A stretch of DNA of 64,000 nt from positions 182,082-246,081 of IMG/VR virus record IMGVR_UViG_3300042691_042003; one strand, 5' to 3'. The notes beneath the pieces are model-generated. The model was not told the DNA's origin and did not search any database. It saw only the letters and a program-made list of their open reading frames with translations. A program made the position numbers and the translations under genes. This document shows positions 44,234-54,702 of this stretch, one piece after another. How positions within the stretch are numbered: the first letter of the stretch is position 1; the number at the start of each line of letters is the position of its first letter.

Positions 44234-45052
44234 ATGAATAACGCAGCTTTACGTATTTTCAGTGTTCTAATTGCTCTTGCTGGAAGTCTCTTCTTAGTTA
44301 GTTGGAAATTAAACGATGAACCTGATTATCAAGGTCCGCCAAAATTAAGAGTAAATCCTACTGAAACCTACGTAAATATAAGAGAAACTGCTAAATTTTT
44401 TGCTACTTGTAGACCGAAACAAAAATGGCAGGTTTCTAAAAATAACGGTTTAACTTGGGAATATATTTCTTCTGTTAGTCCTTATCGAATTTTTAAAGAT
44501 ACTCTTTTTATTGATACCGTTTCGATAGAATATGACGGATATCTTTATCGAATAGAATGTTGTATAAGAGATAATGAAAATAGAGAAGATAAACCAGGAA
44601 ATCCAAAGTATTGTGTTTGGTCTAATTCTGCTCGATTAAGTGTTTATCTTCCAATGCCTATCCGATGGATTAATTTTGATTTTGAAAGAACTACAAAATC
44701 TATTAAACTTAATTGGTATACTGAGGATGAATACTCTCGTATTTACATAGAAAGATTAGAAGGTAATCGTTGGAAATCTATTTCTAGTGTCCCTTATGAA
44801 TCCATCGGTTCTTATACTTACGAAGATAACGATCCAATAAACGGATATAATTATTATAGATTGAAAGGAATTTATGAAAATGGTAATTTTGAGTATTCTA
44901 AAATTGCAGTAGTTGCATATAATAAAAATACAAAGGATTATAAATACTTCGATATCTACGGTAAGGAACAAAAAATTCTAGAAGAAAATAGAATCTATTT
45001 TAGATCTACACCTGAAGGTAAACGAGAAAAGGTAATCATAATGCCAGATTAA
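44234..45052 (+). CDS. Exported Ig-like protein with T9SS-substrate-like C-terminal region
   Basis: Signal peptide; LPMPIRWINF...LNWYTEDE...IER...W..I..V...SYTYEDNDP.NGYNYYRLK....G.FEYSKI; YFDIYGK...KVII. Confidence 0.65.
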   Translation: MNNAALRIFSVLIALAGSLFLVSWKLNDEPDYQGPPKLRVNPTETYVNIRETAKFFATCRPKQKWQVSKNNGLTWEYISSVSPYRIFKDTLFIDTVSIEYDGYLYRIECCIRDNENREDKPGNPKYCVWSNSARLSVYLPMPIRWINFDFERTTKSIKLNWYTEDEYSRIYIERLEGNRWKSISSVPYESIGSYTYEDNDPINGYNYYRLKGIYENGNFEYSKIAVVAYNKNTKDYKYFDIYGKEQKILEENRIYFRSTPEGKREKVIIMPD

Positions 45053-45144
45053 ATTTTCTTAAAATGTTAAAAACTTTTTAGCTCGATATTTTTTTATATC
45101 GAGCTTTTTTATTATATTAGCTTTATCAAATTTACAAAACAAAT
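45052..45144 (+). promoter_or_regulatory. Early-type promoter with upstream hairpin
   Basis: AGCTCGATAT/ATATCGAGCT (45080-45105) then TATTATATTAGCTTTATCAAATT. Confidence 0.7.
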
Positions 45145-45669
45145 ATGCTAATTTGCACAAATTTCAAATCGGTTAAAAACACAAAACCGCTTTCGACATC
45201 ATCTCTTATCTCTGTTCTCGAAGAAATTCGTTCAGAAAAATACAAAAAACTTATCAATGATATCCGAAACGAAGAAAATCCAAGCAAATCTCGTCTTAAG
45301 GATAAGCTTCCTTGTTTCACTCCAACTGGTATTTTTTCTTATCGTTCTCTTGCAGGTCTCGAATCTTACAATGGTGTAATTTGCCTTGATATCGATTCCG
45401 TCGAAAATCCAGAAGAACTAAAGAAAAAATGCAAAAATCTACAATGGGTTCATGCTGCTTTCATTACTCCATCCGGTAAAGGTCTTAAGGTTATTGTAAA
45501 AACCGATGCAACTCGAGAAACCTACAAAGAAAAAGAGCTACAAATAGCAGAAGCATTCAATGAAGCAACCGGTTTCTCTCGAGATAATCATTGTAAAGAT
45601 ATTGCACGTATTCAATTCGTTTCTTACGATCCTTCTATTTATATCAACGAAAATTCATCTACTTTCTAA
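45145..45669 (+). CDS. BT4734/BF3469-like (VirE N-terminal, primase-polymerase-like) protein
   Basis: KDKLPCFTPTGIF..R...YNGVICLDID...FITPSGKGLKVIV...D..CKDIARIQFVSYDP. Confidence 0.85.
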   Translation: MLICTNFKSVKNTKPLSTSSLISVLEEIRSEKYKKLINDIRNEENPSKSRLKDKLPCFTPTGIFSYRSLAGLESYNGVICLDIDSVENPEELKKKCKNLQWVHAAFITPSGKGLKVIVKTDATRETYKEKELQIAEAFNEATGFSRDNHCKDIARIQFVSYDPSIYINENSSTF

Positions 45670-45672
45670 TAT

Positions 45673-46241
45673 ATGTTCGATCAAATTAAATACTACACTG
45701 AATTCGTAGAAAATGCTTATCCGAATTTAAAAGATACCATCATCGGAGATCTTTCTACTGAAGATTATGTTCATATTATTCAACTTGCAGCTTCGGTTAT
45801 GATGCATCGAGATGATATTCGGCCTGGTGGTCACTTCGTACAAGCAATTTGTAATAATAATCTTAGAGATGCTGTAAATCGAGCAGATTTAACTGCTATC
45901 AAAGGTCTTAAATTTTTCGTTTATTGTTACAATAATCTCTATCCTTCTCATCAAAGCGTTACAGTATGAATTCGAAAGAAATTAAAACCGAATTAAGAGA
46001 TTTGATTGAATCAATTTTTTTAGAATCCGGAGGAATTCAAAAAATGATATTTGATCGAATCGAAGAAAAATCAAGTGATAAGGATGTATTAGAGATTAAC
46101 ATACAAAATGCAAGATCCTTACATCTCGTTTTTGACGATAGAGAAGATTCTGATAATCATGCTTATGATTTAGGATATCTTGAATGTCTTTATGAAATCC
46201 GTAGTAAATTAATAAGTCTAGAACAAAAAATTAAAGAATGA
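45673..46241 (+). other. Two hypothetical genes (45673-45969, 45966-46241)
   Basis: ORF track. Confidence 0.5.
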
Positions 46242-46726
46242 AAATAATCATTTGTGGTAAATCCGGCTCAGGAAAAGATTTTCTTAGAAAGAAACTTCAA
46301 ACAAAAGGACTTCTTTATGCTACCCCTTATACAACTCGACCTATGAGAACCGGAGAAGTAAATGGTGTTGATTATTTCTTTGCTGATGAAGAATCATATC
46401 TAAAAAATAGAAATACAATTTTCGTTGAAGGAAATTTCTTCGGATGGTTTTATGGAATAGGAAAAGAACAATGGAGTTATTATGATTTATTTGTTCTACC
46501 TCCTTCTATGATAGAAAAAATACCGTCAGAACAGAAAAAAATCTGTTTTATTATTTACTTAGATATTGATAGAGAAACACGAAGAGAAAGACTCTTTTCT
46601 CGGAATGGAGTTAAAGGTGATAAAACTGAAGAAGGTGATTCTATTGAACGTCGATTAAATGCCGATGACAAAGATTTTGAAAATTTTACAAATTACGACT
46701 TAAGAATAACAAATCCAAATTTTTAA
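46238..46726 (+). CDS. gmk: Guanylate kinase
   Basis: GKSGSGKD, YTTRPMRTGEVNGVDYFF, WFYG. Confidence 0.9.
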   Translation: MKIIICGKSGSGKDFLRKKLQTKGLLYATPYTTRPMRTGEVNGVDYFFADEESYLKNRNTIFVEGNFFGWFYGIGKEQWSYYDLFVLPPSMIEKIPSEQKKICFIIYLDIDRETRRERLFSRNGVKGDKTEEGDSIERRLNADDKDFENFTNYDLRITNPNF

Positions 46727-46728
46727 TT

Positions 46729-47166
46729 ATGCAAAAGAAAAAACACGCAAAATGGGAATCTCTGCTATTCCGTCCTGAACTTCCGGAAGGTTGGTCATGT
46801 CAAGAACAAATCGATAGACCAGGAGAAAGTTATATTACTTTCGTATGTTGGGGAAAAATACATCATAATGCTGAACCTACTAAATTATACATCATCTTCA
46901 ACGAATTCGAAGAATTCGAAAAAGGAAAAAGATTTCTAGTTCGAGGAGGAAGGAATATTAAACCTGAAGAAGGATTTAAGTTCTTTAAAGATATTAAAAC
47001 AGCTACAAATTATATAGTGTATCTTGCCGAATCTACTAACCGATGGTTAAAAGAAATAAATGATCCTAAATATATTGCCTCTTATAATTCTCATATTGCT
47101 AAGCAAGTTCGTGCTCAAGAAGAATATGATCGTAGAATGAAAGAAGCCTTTGAATCTGTTAACTAA
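46729..47166 (+). CDS. Hypothetical protein
   Basis: ORF track. Confidence 0.5.
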   Translation: MQKKKHAKWESLLFRPELPEGWSCQEQIDRPGESYITFVCWGKIHHNAEPTKLYIIFNEFEEFEKGKRFLVRGGRNIKPEEGFKFFKDIKTATNYIVYLAESTNRWLKEINDPKYIASYNSHIAKQVRAQEEYDRRMKEAFESVN

Positions 47167-47630
47167 TGAAAATTGCAATTCTTACCGAATCGTCTAAAGA
47201 AGGAAAGAATCAAATATTAGCACAATTTTGCTCTATTTATTGTGATAGTGTACTTACTAAAGCAAAAATAGATATTTATAATTTTTCTGCTTTCGAAAAT
47301 GTTTGGATTAATCATTATGACTCATTTATAATGATCGTACCCGAATGGAATGGATCGTTTCCTTTTACCGTAAAGAAGCTAATTGACGATTCTGGATATC
47401 CTTCTTTATTTCAAGATAAAGATATTCTCCTTATAGGAACTTCAGCTTCTTCGATGTCTAATATTATTGGAATTGAACAGCTAAATTACATTCTTCAATT
47501 TGTAGGAGCGAATGTATATAAGAAGAAAGTTTATATTCCTAATATAAGCAAAGACATGGATGTAGATCTTGAAGTTAGGTTATGTAAAACTATAAAGAAT
47601 TTCTTCAAAAAAAATTTTAAAGAAATTTAA
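47166..47630 (+). CDS. NADPH-dependent FMN reductase-like protein
   Basis: DSFIMIVPEWNGSFPFTVKKLID. Confidence 0.8.
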   Translation: MKIAILTESSKEGKNQILAQFCSIYCDSVLTKAKIDIYNFSAFENVWINHYDSFIMIVPEWNGSFPFTVKKLIDDSGYPSLFQDKDILLIGTSASSMSNIIGIEQLNYILQFVGANVYKKKVYIPNISKDMDVDLEVRLCKTIKNFFKKNFKEI

Positions 47631-47688
47631 AATAAATTTTTTTCTTTGAAGAATTTTTATTATATTAGCTATATCAAATTATAACTCT
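47631..47688 (+). promoter_or_regulatory. Early-type promoter (short module)
   Basis: TATTATATTAGCTATATCAAATT. Confidence 0.7.
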
Positions 47689-49578
47689 ATGTCTGAATTA
47701 GAAAATCTATACTTGAAAGCCAAACGAACCTACTACGAAGGAAATCCGATTATGTCTGATTCAAAATTCGACGAACTCGAAGAAAAACTTAGATTTATGA
47801 ATTCTAAAGTAATTGAAATCGTAGGTTCTGAAGAATTAGAAAAAGACATAAAGCATCTTTCTGCAATGCTTTCTCTTCAAAAAATTCAAGTAAACGATCT
47901 TTCTGATAAAACGATTCCTATAACCAAATTTAAATCTTGGATTAAGAAAACCGAAGAACGATTTAATCATCTAATAGCCGAACCGAAATTCGATGGATCT
48001 TCTTGTAATCTAATTTACGATAACGGTAAACTTATTTCAGCTGCAACTCGAGGAAATGGATTAGAAGGAACAAATATTACCGATAAAATTTCATTAATCG
48101 TTCCTAAAGAAATTCAAACCGATTATCCAGGTTTAATCGAAATTCGAGGTGAAGTAATTATTAAAACGAAAACCTTCGAAGAAAAATATTCGAAAATTTA
48201 CAAAAACCCTCGTAACTTCGTTGCTGGAATTCTCGGTCGAGATGATATTTCTAATTGTATTCAAGATTTTGAATTCATTGCATTCGAACATAAATTCTAT
48301 TACGATGATATGATGGAATTTGGAAACGATTCTTTCGAATTTCTTCAAAATCTAGGATTTACTGTTCCTTCTTTCTTCGTAAAATTTAATTATCAAGAAT
48401 TCGAAAAAACCTTCGATTCATTTCTAGATTTTAGAATCAATAAATCCGAATATGGTCTCGATGGATTTGTAATTAAATATCCTTCTGATCTACGTAAATC
48501 TATTGGTGAAACCGGTCATCATCCCAAGTGGGCAATGGCAATCAAATTTCCTCCAATGGAATCAATTACTTATATCAAAAAAATTCAATGGAATCTAGGT
48601 CAATCCGGTGAATTTAAACCAATTGGTGTACTCGAACCTATCGATCTCGATGGTACTACAGTATCCAATGTAGCTTTACATAATCTCGGTTCTATTCAAA
48701 AACTAGGTTTATTCCCAGGTGCTAAAGTAACAATCGTAAAATCAGGTGATATTATTCCTATCGTAAAAAATGTAATCCAACCTAATTACGAATCAGATAT
48801 AACTAAACACCTACCAAATCATTGTTCAAATGATTGCAAAATCGAAATCCAAGGAATTCATTTAGTTTGTAACAATCCAAATTGCCAAGAACAACTAATT
48901 AGTCGATTAGGAATCGGTATCGGAACATTCGGTCTAGAAAATATCGGTGGTGCAACAATTGTAAAACTTTATAATGCAGGAATTCGTAAAATTTCTGATC
49001 TTTTTGATAGAACAAAATTTAATAAAGAATCTCTGATTAAATCAGGCCAATTCAAGCAAGGTCGTTCCCTTGATATTATATTTGAATCTTTCGAAAAACG
49101 TAAACCTATTACAATGATTCGAATAATTAATTCACTTGCATTTAAGAATGTCGGTTGGTCTACTTCTAAAGAAATTGCAAAAATATTCGAAAACGAAAAA
49201 CCTAATTTCTCAGGAAAATCTTACGCTGCTTATTCTCCTTTTCTAAACGAAAAATCTTCTGAATATCATTCAGTTCTTTCTTTTATTCAAATTTTAAAAC
49301 AAAACGGTTTTAAAATTGAATCAGAAATCGAAAATAAGATAAGTGAAAATGCAATAACTTATGAACTTACCGGTTCTCCCAAAGAATTTGGTTTTAAGAC
49401 TAAAGAAGAATTTATAAATAAACTAAAAGATTATGGATATCATCATACCGATCTTAATAAAGGCACTAATTATCTTATCACCGATGATCTTGAATCCTCT
49501 TCATCAAAAATGGCAAAAGCAAAAAAGTTAAATGTAACGATAGTTACATATTCACAAATTTTGGAATTGCTAAAATAA
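47689..49578 (+). CDS. ligA: NAD-dependent DNA ligase
   Basis: YYEGNPIMSD..FD, EPKFDG (KxDG), ATRGNGLEG, EIRGE, DGFVIK, PKWAMAIKF, C-C-C-C Zn, C-terminal BRCT. Confidence 0.95.
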   Translation: MSELENLYLKAKRTYYEGNPIMSDSKFDELEEKLRFMNSKVIEIVGSEELEKDIKHLSAMLSLQKIQVNDLSDKTIPITKFKSWIKKTEERFNHLIAEPKFDGSSCNLIYDNGKLISAATRGNGLEGTNITDKISLIVPKEIQTDYPGLIEIRGEVIIKTKTFEEKYSKIYKNPRNFVAGILGRDDISNCIQDFEFIAFEHKFYYDDMMEFGNDSFEFLQNLGFTVPSFFVKFNYQEFEKTFDSFLDFRINKSEYGLDGFVIKYPSDLRKSIGETGHHPKWAMAIKFPPMESITYIKKIQWNLGQSGEFKPIGVLEPIDLDGTTVSNVALHNLGSIQKLGLFPGAKVTIVKSGDIIPIVKNVIQPNYESDITKHLPNHCSNDCKIEIQGIHLVCNNPNCQEQLISRLGIGIGTFGLENIGGATIVKLYNAGIRKISDLFDRTKFNKESLIKSGQFKQGRSLDIIFESFEKRKPITMIRIINSLAFKNVGWSTSKEIAKIFENEKPNFSGKSYAAYSPFLNEKSSEYHSVLSFIQILKQNGFKIESEIENKISENAITYELTGSPKEFGFKTKEEFINKLKDYGYHHTDLNKGTNYLITDDLESSSSKMAKAKKLNVTIVTYSQILELLK

Positions 49579-49599
49579 ATATAAAAACACCTAATCTTA

Positions 49600-49944
49600 G
49601 TGAATACATTTAAGAAATTTTACGAATTTATCAACGAATCATTAGCATTTTTAACTCTCAATAAAACCATGAAAAACGAATTCATGAATAATATTGAGCT
49701 AAAAAACGATTTCGAAAATGCAAAAAGACAATTTTATATGAACGGCAATTTCCTTCTTACTCATATAGAAGGAGATAAATTCGAGTTAAGAACTAGATCT
49801 AATGTTCAATCCGAAGACTTAGACGGGATTATCGATTCTCATGTAAATACTACTACGGAAAGAATGAAATTTCGTAGAATAGGAAAACCGAAGACCGATA
49901 AAATTAAAGATAAAATTTGGATGGTTAAGGCAAAAATCGATTAA
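49600..49944 (+). CDS. Hypothetical with capsid-targeting-like N-terminus
   Basis: MNTFKKFYEFINES (GTG start). Confidence 0.55.
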   Translation: MNTFKKFYEFINESLAFLTLNKTMKNEFMNNIELKNDFENAKRQFYMNGNFLLTHIEGDKFELRTRSNVQSEDLDGIIDSHVNTTTERMKFRRIGKPKTDKIKDKIWMVKAKID

Positions 49945-49972
49945 TTTATTTTAGATTTTACATATAATAAAT

Positions 49973-50665
49973 ATGGAAAAATACTCTACTTTCGAAGAAG
50001 CCTTCTATTACATAAATAAACAAATCATAAATTGGCCTACATTCATAACAACATCTCGTATAGGTGATGTTCATGAAATATGTTCTCTTACATATACAGT
50101 CGAAGATCTCGGTTCTTATAAATTTAAGGATGAATCTTTAGGAAGACTTGATTATGATTATGCTGATACTTTTTATCGTTGGATGATTGACGGTTGTACC
50201 GATTCTACAGAAATTCTAGAAAAATATCCTAATACTTCTAGATTCATGGAAAAACCAAAATCTCCTGATCTACCTTCTAATTTTAACACCTTTTACGGTC
50301 CTAGAATTTTACAACAACTCCCTCATATCATTAAAGAATTAACTGCTAATCCTGATTCTCGTCGAGCAGTTATTTCTATTCTTGATAAAGATGATTTACT
50401 CCTCCTTGATAAAGATGAAACCTTAGAATTTCCTTGTTGTGATTCTGCAACATTCTTTATTAGAGGAGGAAAATTACATGTCCATCTTCATATGCGTTCT
50501 CAGAATATGGGTCAAGTACTTAAGCTTGACATGTATTTATGGGGTAGATTTACATGTGAATTAGCTGAAAACCTAAATATTGAAACCGGAAATTTTTTCT
50601 CTTCTGTTGTTTCTGCTCATGTGTTTACTAAAGATTTTGATTACCTTTCCAATTTTATAGAATGA
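49973..50665 (+). CDS. Thymidylate synthase homolog, dCMP hydroxymethylase-type
   Basis: YGPR, DSRRAVI, EFPCC catalytic Cys, MRSQNMGQVLKLD (Asp at pyrimidine-specificity position), SAHVF. Confidence 0.75.
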   Translation: MEKYSTFEEAFYYINKQIINWPTFITTSRIGDVHEICSLTYTVEDLGSYKFKDESLGRLDYDYADTFYRWMIDGCTDSTEILEKYPNTSRFMEKPKSPDLPSNFNTFYGPRILQQLPHIIKELTANPDSRRAVISILDKDDLLLLDKDETLEFPCCDSATFFIRGGKLHVHLHMRSQNMGQVLKLDMYLWGRFTCELAENLNIETGNFFSSVVSAHVFTKDFDYLSNFIE

Positions 50666-51960
50666 AAAAACCTCTAAACGTTTTTTATGCAGTACAAGTG
50701 TCTAATTTCACAACTAATGGAGATAAGTCCAAATGGTTGATTCGTAATGATGCTTGTATGAATATCTGTATCGGTATTGTCTCTTCAATACTTACCGAAT
50801 ATCCAAAAGATTTCCGATTTATTATTAAAGTTCCTCCTGTAGAAGATTGTGCAGATATTGATTCTCATAAGGATCTATTCGATGAAAAATATCTAGATAG
50901 AATTGAATTCTATGAAGATTTTATTCCTATTTCCCCTGTAATTAGTCGTTTTCATTTTGATATGAACACACATAAAGTTTTTGGTTCTAAAAAACTTGCT
51001 AATGTTGATGTTATGATTAACGATGAAAATACACATACTAAAAGCTGGAGAATATTCTTCGAAAATATCATTGGTAAAAGGATTCCAATGGTTTCGACTA
51101 ATTACTTTATGGATTCACCAATTTCTCCAAAATCGGATCCTAAGGTAAGATATTATGAAAGACAAATGGAATCACTTATATCTTCGGATATGTTTTCGTA
51201 TCCTGTAACTGCTGCTCTTAATGAAGCTCTCGAAGCTTATAATTTTCTATTTAAAGATGGAACGATCCTAGGAATTCCCACTGTTTGGAATATTGGTGCT
51301 TCTTTCGAAGAAATTAATAAGAAAAAAGTAACTAAGTCTCCAGGAAAGATTAAAATTTATTTTGGTAATCGAATTACCGATTCTGCTAATCGATACACTA
51401 ATTGGCATCTATTTGCTGAAGCTATCGGTAAACTTTCGGAAAGGATTGATCCTTCTCGCTTCACTGCAACGATTCTTAATCCTACAAAGAAAATTACTCC
51501 TGAACAACTCGACGAAATTTCAACTCTTTCTCGTGGATGTGTCGAAGTAGTTCCTAATTACAGTGATTTCAGTCGAGAAGATTATATCAATTTTATTAAC
51601 GAAGCACATATTTCTTGCAATCTATTTACTAATGAAGTACATGGTGGATTAACTCACGTAGAAGCTATGATGGCAGGTTGTATTCTTGTTGCTCCTAACG
51701 TTAATGATTATCTTTATAAATACGAAGATTCAGGAAAACTTTCAGATTATCCCTTTCTAATTGACACATATAATAAAAAGCTAGATATGGAATCTTTTGT
51801 AAGTAAACTCGAACTAGCCGTTAATACTGCTCAAAACAAGCAATCAATGGAAAAATATTCAGAAATGAATCGTGAACTTGCTTATAAATATGCATCATAT
51901 GAAATGTCTTCTCATATCATTGCAAAAGATCTTAAGAAACTAGCAAAGCTTTATAAATGA
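50662..51960 (+). CDS. GT-B fold glycosyltransferase (divergent)
   Basis: C-terminal FSREDYINFI...CNLF..E..GG...EAMMAGCILVAPN...Y. Confidence 0.7.
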   Translation: MKKPLNVFYAVQVSNFTTNGDKSKWLIRNDACMNICIGIVSSILTEYPKDFRFIIKVPPVEDCADIDSHKDLFDEKYLDRIEFYEDFIPISPVISRFHFDMNTHKVFGSKKLANVDVMINDENTHTKSWRIFFENIIGKRIPMVSTNYFMDSPISPKSDPKVRYYERQMESLISSDMFSYPVTAALNEALEAYNFLFKDGTILGIPTVWNIGASFEEINKKKVTKSPGKIKIYFGNRITDSANRYTNWHLFAEAIGKLSERIDPSRFTATILNPTKKITPEQLDEISTLSRGCVEVVPNYSDFSREDYINFINEAHISCNLFTNEVHGGLTHVEAMMAGCILVAPNVNDYLYKYEDSGKLSDYPFLIDTYNKKLDMESFVSKLELAVNTAQNKQSMEKYSEMNRELAYKYASYEMSSHIIAKDLKKLAKLYK

Positions 51961-52985
51961 ATATACTTGTAACAGGATCTGCAGGTTTCCTCGGTAATTT
52001 TGTCTGTAATTTCTTTCATGAAAAAGGACATAAGATTATAGGAATTGATAATTTATCTAGAAAAGGATCTCATCTTAATGCACAAAAACAGAAAGAAAAC
52101 TTTCTGTTTTTCTTTGGTGATATTTCTAATCCTTCTGATTTAAAATTTACTGAAGATCTAGATATTGATTGGATTATTGATTGTGCAGCTGAACCTTCTG
52201 TTCTTGCAGGAACCGACGGTCAATCTAAAGGTCTAATAGATAATAATCTCATTTCGACTATTAATCTTCTTGAAATTTGTGCCAAGAAAAAATGTGGATT
52301 TACTCTTATGAGCACTAGTAGAGTTTATTCGGTTAAACAACTTTCTAGTATTGAGATAATTAAGACTCCTACTAAATTCTTTTCTACCGTTCAAGTTGAT
52401 GAAGATTTTTCTACAAAACCTCCTGTTTCTCTTTATGGATCTACAAAGCTAACATCCGAATTATTAGCTTTAGAATATTCTAGTCTTTATCAATTCCCTG
52501 TATTTATTAATCGATGTGGTGTTATTGCAGGTGCAGGACAATTTGGTAAAATCGATCAAGGCGTTTTTTCGTATTGGATTTATTCTTGGATAAGAAAACA
52601 ACCTCTTAAATATTTTGGATTCGATGGAACCGGTCGACAAAGTCGAGATGTAATTCACCCTAAAGATATTTGTACAGTTTTAGAAAAACAAATTCAATTC
52701 GGTAAAATTGAAGAAGATCCTATTTATTGTTTGGGTGGTGGACATCAAAATTGTATGTCACTCTTAGAATTATCCCAATGGTGTAAAGAAAATATATCTT
52801 CTGATTATGAACCCGAATCAGTTCCAATCGACAGACCTTTTGATATTCCTGTATTTGTAATGGATACGAAAAAAGCTGAAAGGAGATGGAAATTTAAAAT
52901 TACGGTTTCAATAAAAGAAATTCTAAAAGAAATAAGAGATCATGCTAAAAATAACCCTGATTTTCTTGATTACCTTTATTCTTAA
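51957..52985 (+). CDS. NAD-dependent epimerase/dehydratase, CDP-paratose 2-epimerase (RfbE)-like
   Basis: TGSAGFLG, DNLSRKGS, AAEPSV, STSRVY, YGSTK, GQFGKIDQG, GRQSRD. Confidence 0.85.
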   Translation: MNILVTGSAGFLGNFVCNFFHEKGHKIIGIDNLSRKGSHLNAQKQKENFLFFFGDISNPSDLKFTEDLDIDWIIDCAAEPSVLAGTDGQSKGLIDNNLISTINLLEICAKKKCGFTLMSTSRVYSVKQLSSIEIIKTPTKFFSTVQVDEDFSTKPPVSLYGSTKLTSELLALEYSSLYQFPVFINRCGVIAGAGQFGKIDQGVFSYWIYSWIRKQPLKYFGFDGTGRQSRDVIHPKDICTVLEKQIQFGKIEEDPIYCLGGGHQNCMSLLELSQWCKENISSDYEPESVPIDRPFDIPVFVMDTKKAERRWKFKITVSIKEILKEIRDHAKNNPDFLDYLYS

Positions 52986-53002
52986 TTTACATATAATTAT
53001 AT

Positions 53003-53575
53003 ATGGCAAATCTAATTATACTCGAAGGTTTATCTAGAACCGGCAAATCGACCATTTGTAAATCTCTATCAGAAAAATTTAAACTACGAAATATTTCAAT
53101 AAAAAATAAAATGCCGGAAAACGTAAGTCTTCCGGATTTTTATCATGGAATTCATGTTGTTATGAATGAAATTTATCGTGAATTTCCTGAAGAAACTTTT
53201 ATTCTTGATCGTTCATTTCTTTCAGAATTGGTTTATTCAAAATTCTTCAATAGAACAACTCATCAAAAAGAAGATTCTATTATTTCTGATTTACTTTTCG
53301 ATAATAATTTTATTCTTGTTTATCTTAAGAATACTCATTCCGATTATCAAAACCGAGGACCTAAAGATAGAATTATTTATTCAAAAGAAGATTATGAAAA
53401 ACAAACTGATTTATTCGATTGGTTCTTTTCTACATATAAACAAAATATAGATACAGAATCTTGGCAAAATCGATTTATCGAATTAAATACATCGATAAAT
53501 TCTATTGAAGAATGCATCGAAAATATAGAACAAACAATGTCAAAAAATAATTTTTTAAAACAAATCGAAATATGA
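53003..53575 (+). CDS. Deoxynucleoside monophosphate kinase (thymidylate kinase-like)
   Basis: LIILEGLSRTGKST, ILDRSFLSELVY. Confidence 0.85.
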   Translation: MANLIILEGLSRTGKSTICKSLSEKFKLRNISIKNKMPENVSLPDFYHGIHVVMNEIYREFPEETFILDRSFLSELVYSKFFNRTTHQKEDSIISDLLFDNNFILVYLKNTHSDYQNRGPKDRIIYSKEDYEKQTDLFDWFFSTYKQNIDTESWQNRFIELNTSINSIEECIENIEQTMSKNNFLKQIEI

Positions 53576-54702
53576 AACAAAAAGTAGCAATTGTTACAGG
53601 ATCAAATGGACTTATCGGCTCTCAATCTGTTAAATTTCTTATTGAAAGGAATTATTTCGTTATCGGTATTGATAATGATATGCGATCTTATTTCTTCGGA
53701 CCTGAGGCTTCTACGAAGGAAAGTGAAGAAAAAATGGTAGAAGAATTTGGAAAATCTTTTAAGTCTTTTAACGTCGATATACGTGATGTTGAATCTCTTG
53801 AAGAAATTTTCGAAGCTTATGAAACCCCAGAATTCGATGTAGATCTTATTATCCATACTGCGGCACAACCTTCACATGATTGGGCTGCTAAAGAACCTCT
53901 TACTGATTTTACGGTAAATGCTCTAGGAACGGTTAATATGCTTGAATTAACTCGTCTTTATTTCCCTAAAGCTTCTTTTATTTTTACTTCAACAAACAAG
54001 GTTTACGGTGATACTCCCAACCGTTTGAATCTTATCGAAGAAGAAACTCGATATGACGCAGTTTCTAATCTCTCTCGTCGACCTATCGAAGTAGATGAAA
54101 CTATGTCCATCGATCATACCAAACATTCAATTTTTGGTGCTTCTAAGGTTGCAGCCGATGTTATGGTTCAAGAATATGGACGTTATTTTGGAATGAATAC
54201 CGTTGTTTTTCGAGGTGGATGTCTTACTGGTCCTAATCATGCAGGTGCCGAACTTCATGGATTTCTTTCTTATTTGATTAAATGTATTGTTAATCGTAAA
54301 CATTATAGGATCTTTGGATATAAAGGAAAACAAGTACGAGATAATATTCATTCATGGGATCTTGTAAATATGTTCTGGCATTATCATCTGAATCCTATCC
54401 CAGGTGCTGTCTATAATGCAGGTGGTGGAAGAGAAAATAGTACTTCTATTCTCGAAGCAATAGATACAGTTAATCGAATCCTTAAAGAAAAATTCCCTCA
54501 TAATTACGAAGATTGGAAAGATTATGAAATTCTAGATCAAAATCGTATAGGTGACCATCAATGGTATATTTCCGATCTTACTCAATTTAAGAAAGATTAT
54601 CCAGAGTGGCCTGGAATTACTATTTCTCTTGAAGAAACAATCAATCAAATTGTAGAATTTGAACTTCAAAAAAACGTAGAAACCGTTAATGAAAACAATT
54701 GA
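53572..54702 (+). CDS. NAD-dependent epimerase/dehydratase, RfbE-like (second)
   Basis: TGSNGLIG, HTAAQPSHDWA, TSTNKVYGD, FGASK, GKQVRDNIH. Confidence 0.88.
   Translation: MKQKVAIVTGSNGLIGSQSVKFLIERNYFVIGIDNDMRSYFFGPEASTKESEEKMVEEFGKSFKSFNVDIRDVESLEEIFEAYETPEFDVDLIIHTAAQPSHDWAAKEPLTDFTVNALGTVNMLELTRLYFPKASFIFTSTNKVYGDTPNRLNLIEEETRYDAVSNLSRRPIEVDETMSIDHTKHSIFGASKVAADVMVQEYGRYFGMNTVVFRGGCLTGPNHAGAELHGFLSYLIKCIVNRKHYRIFGYKGKQVRDNIHSWDLVNMFWHYHLNPIPGAVYNAGGGRENSTSILEAIDTVNRILKEKFPHNYEDWKDYEILDQNRIGDHQWYISDLTQFKKDYPEWPGITISLEETINQIVEFELQKNVETVNENN

Noticed and set aside
49973-50665. Calling this gene canonical thyA
   Set aside because: It lacks the Asn177-equivalent and the RSxD motif, is short, and sits in a glycosyltransferase cluster
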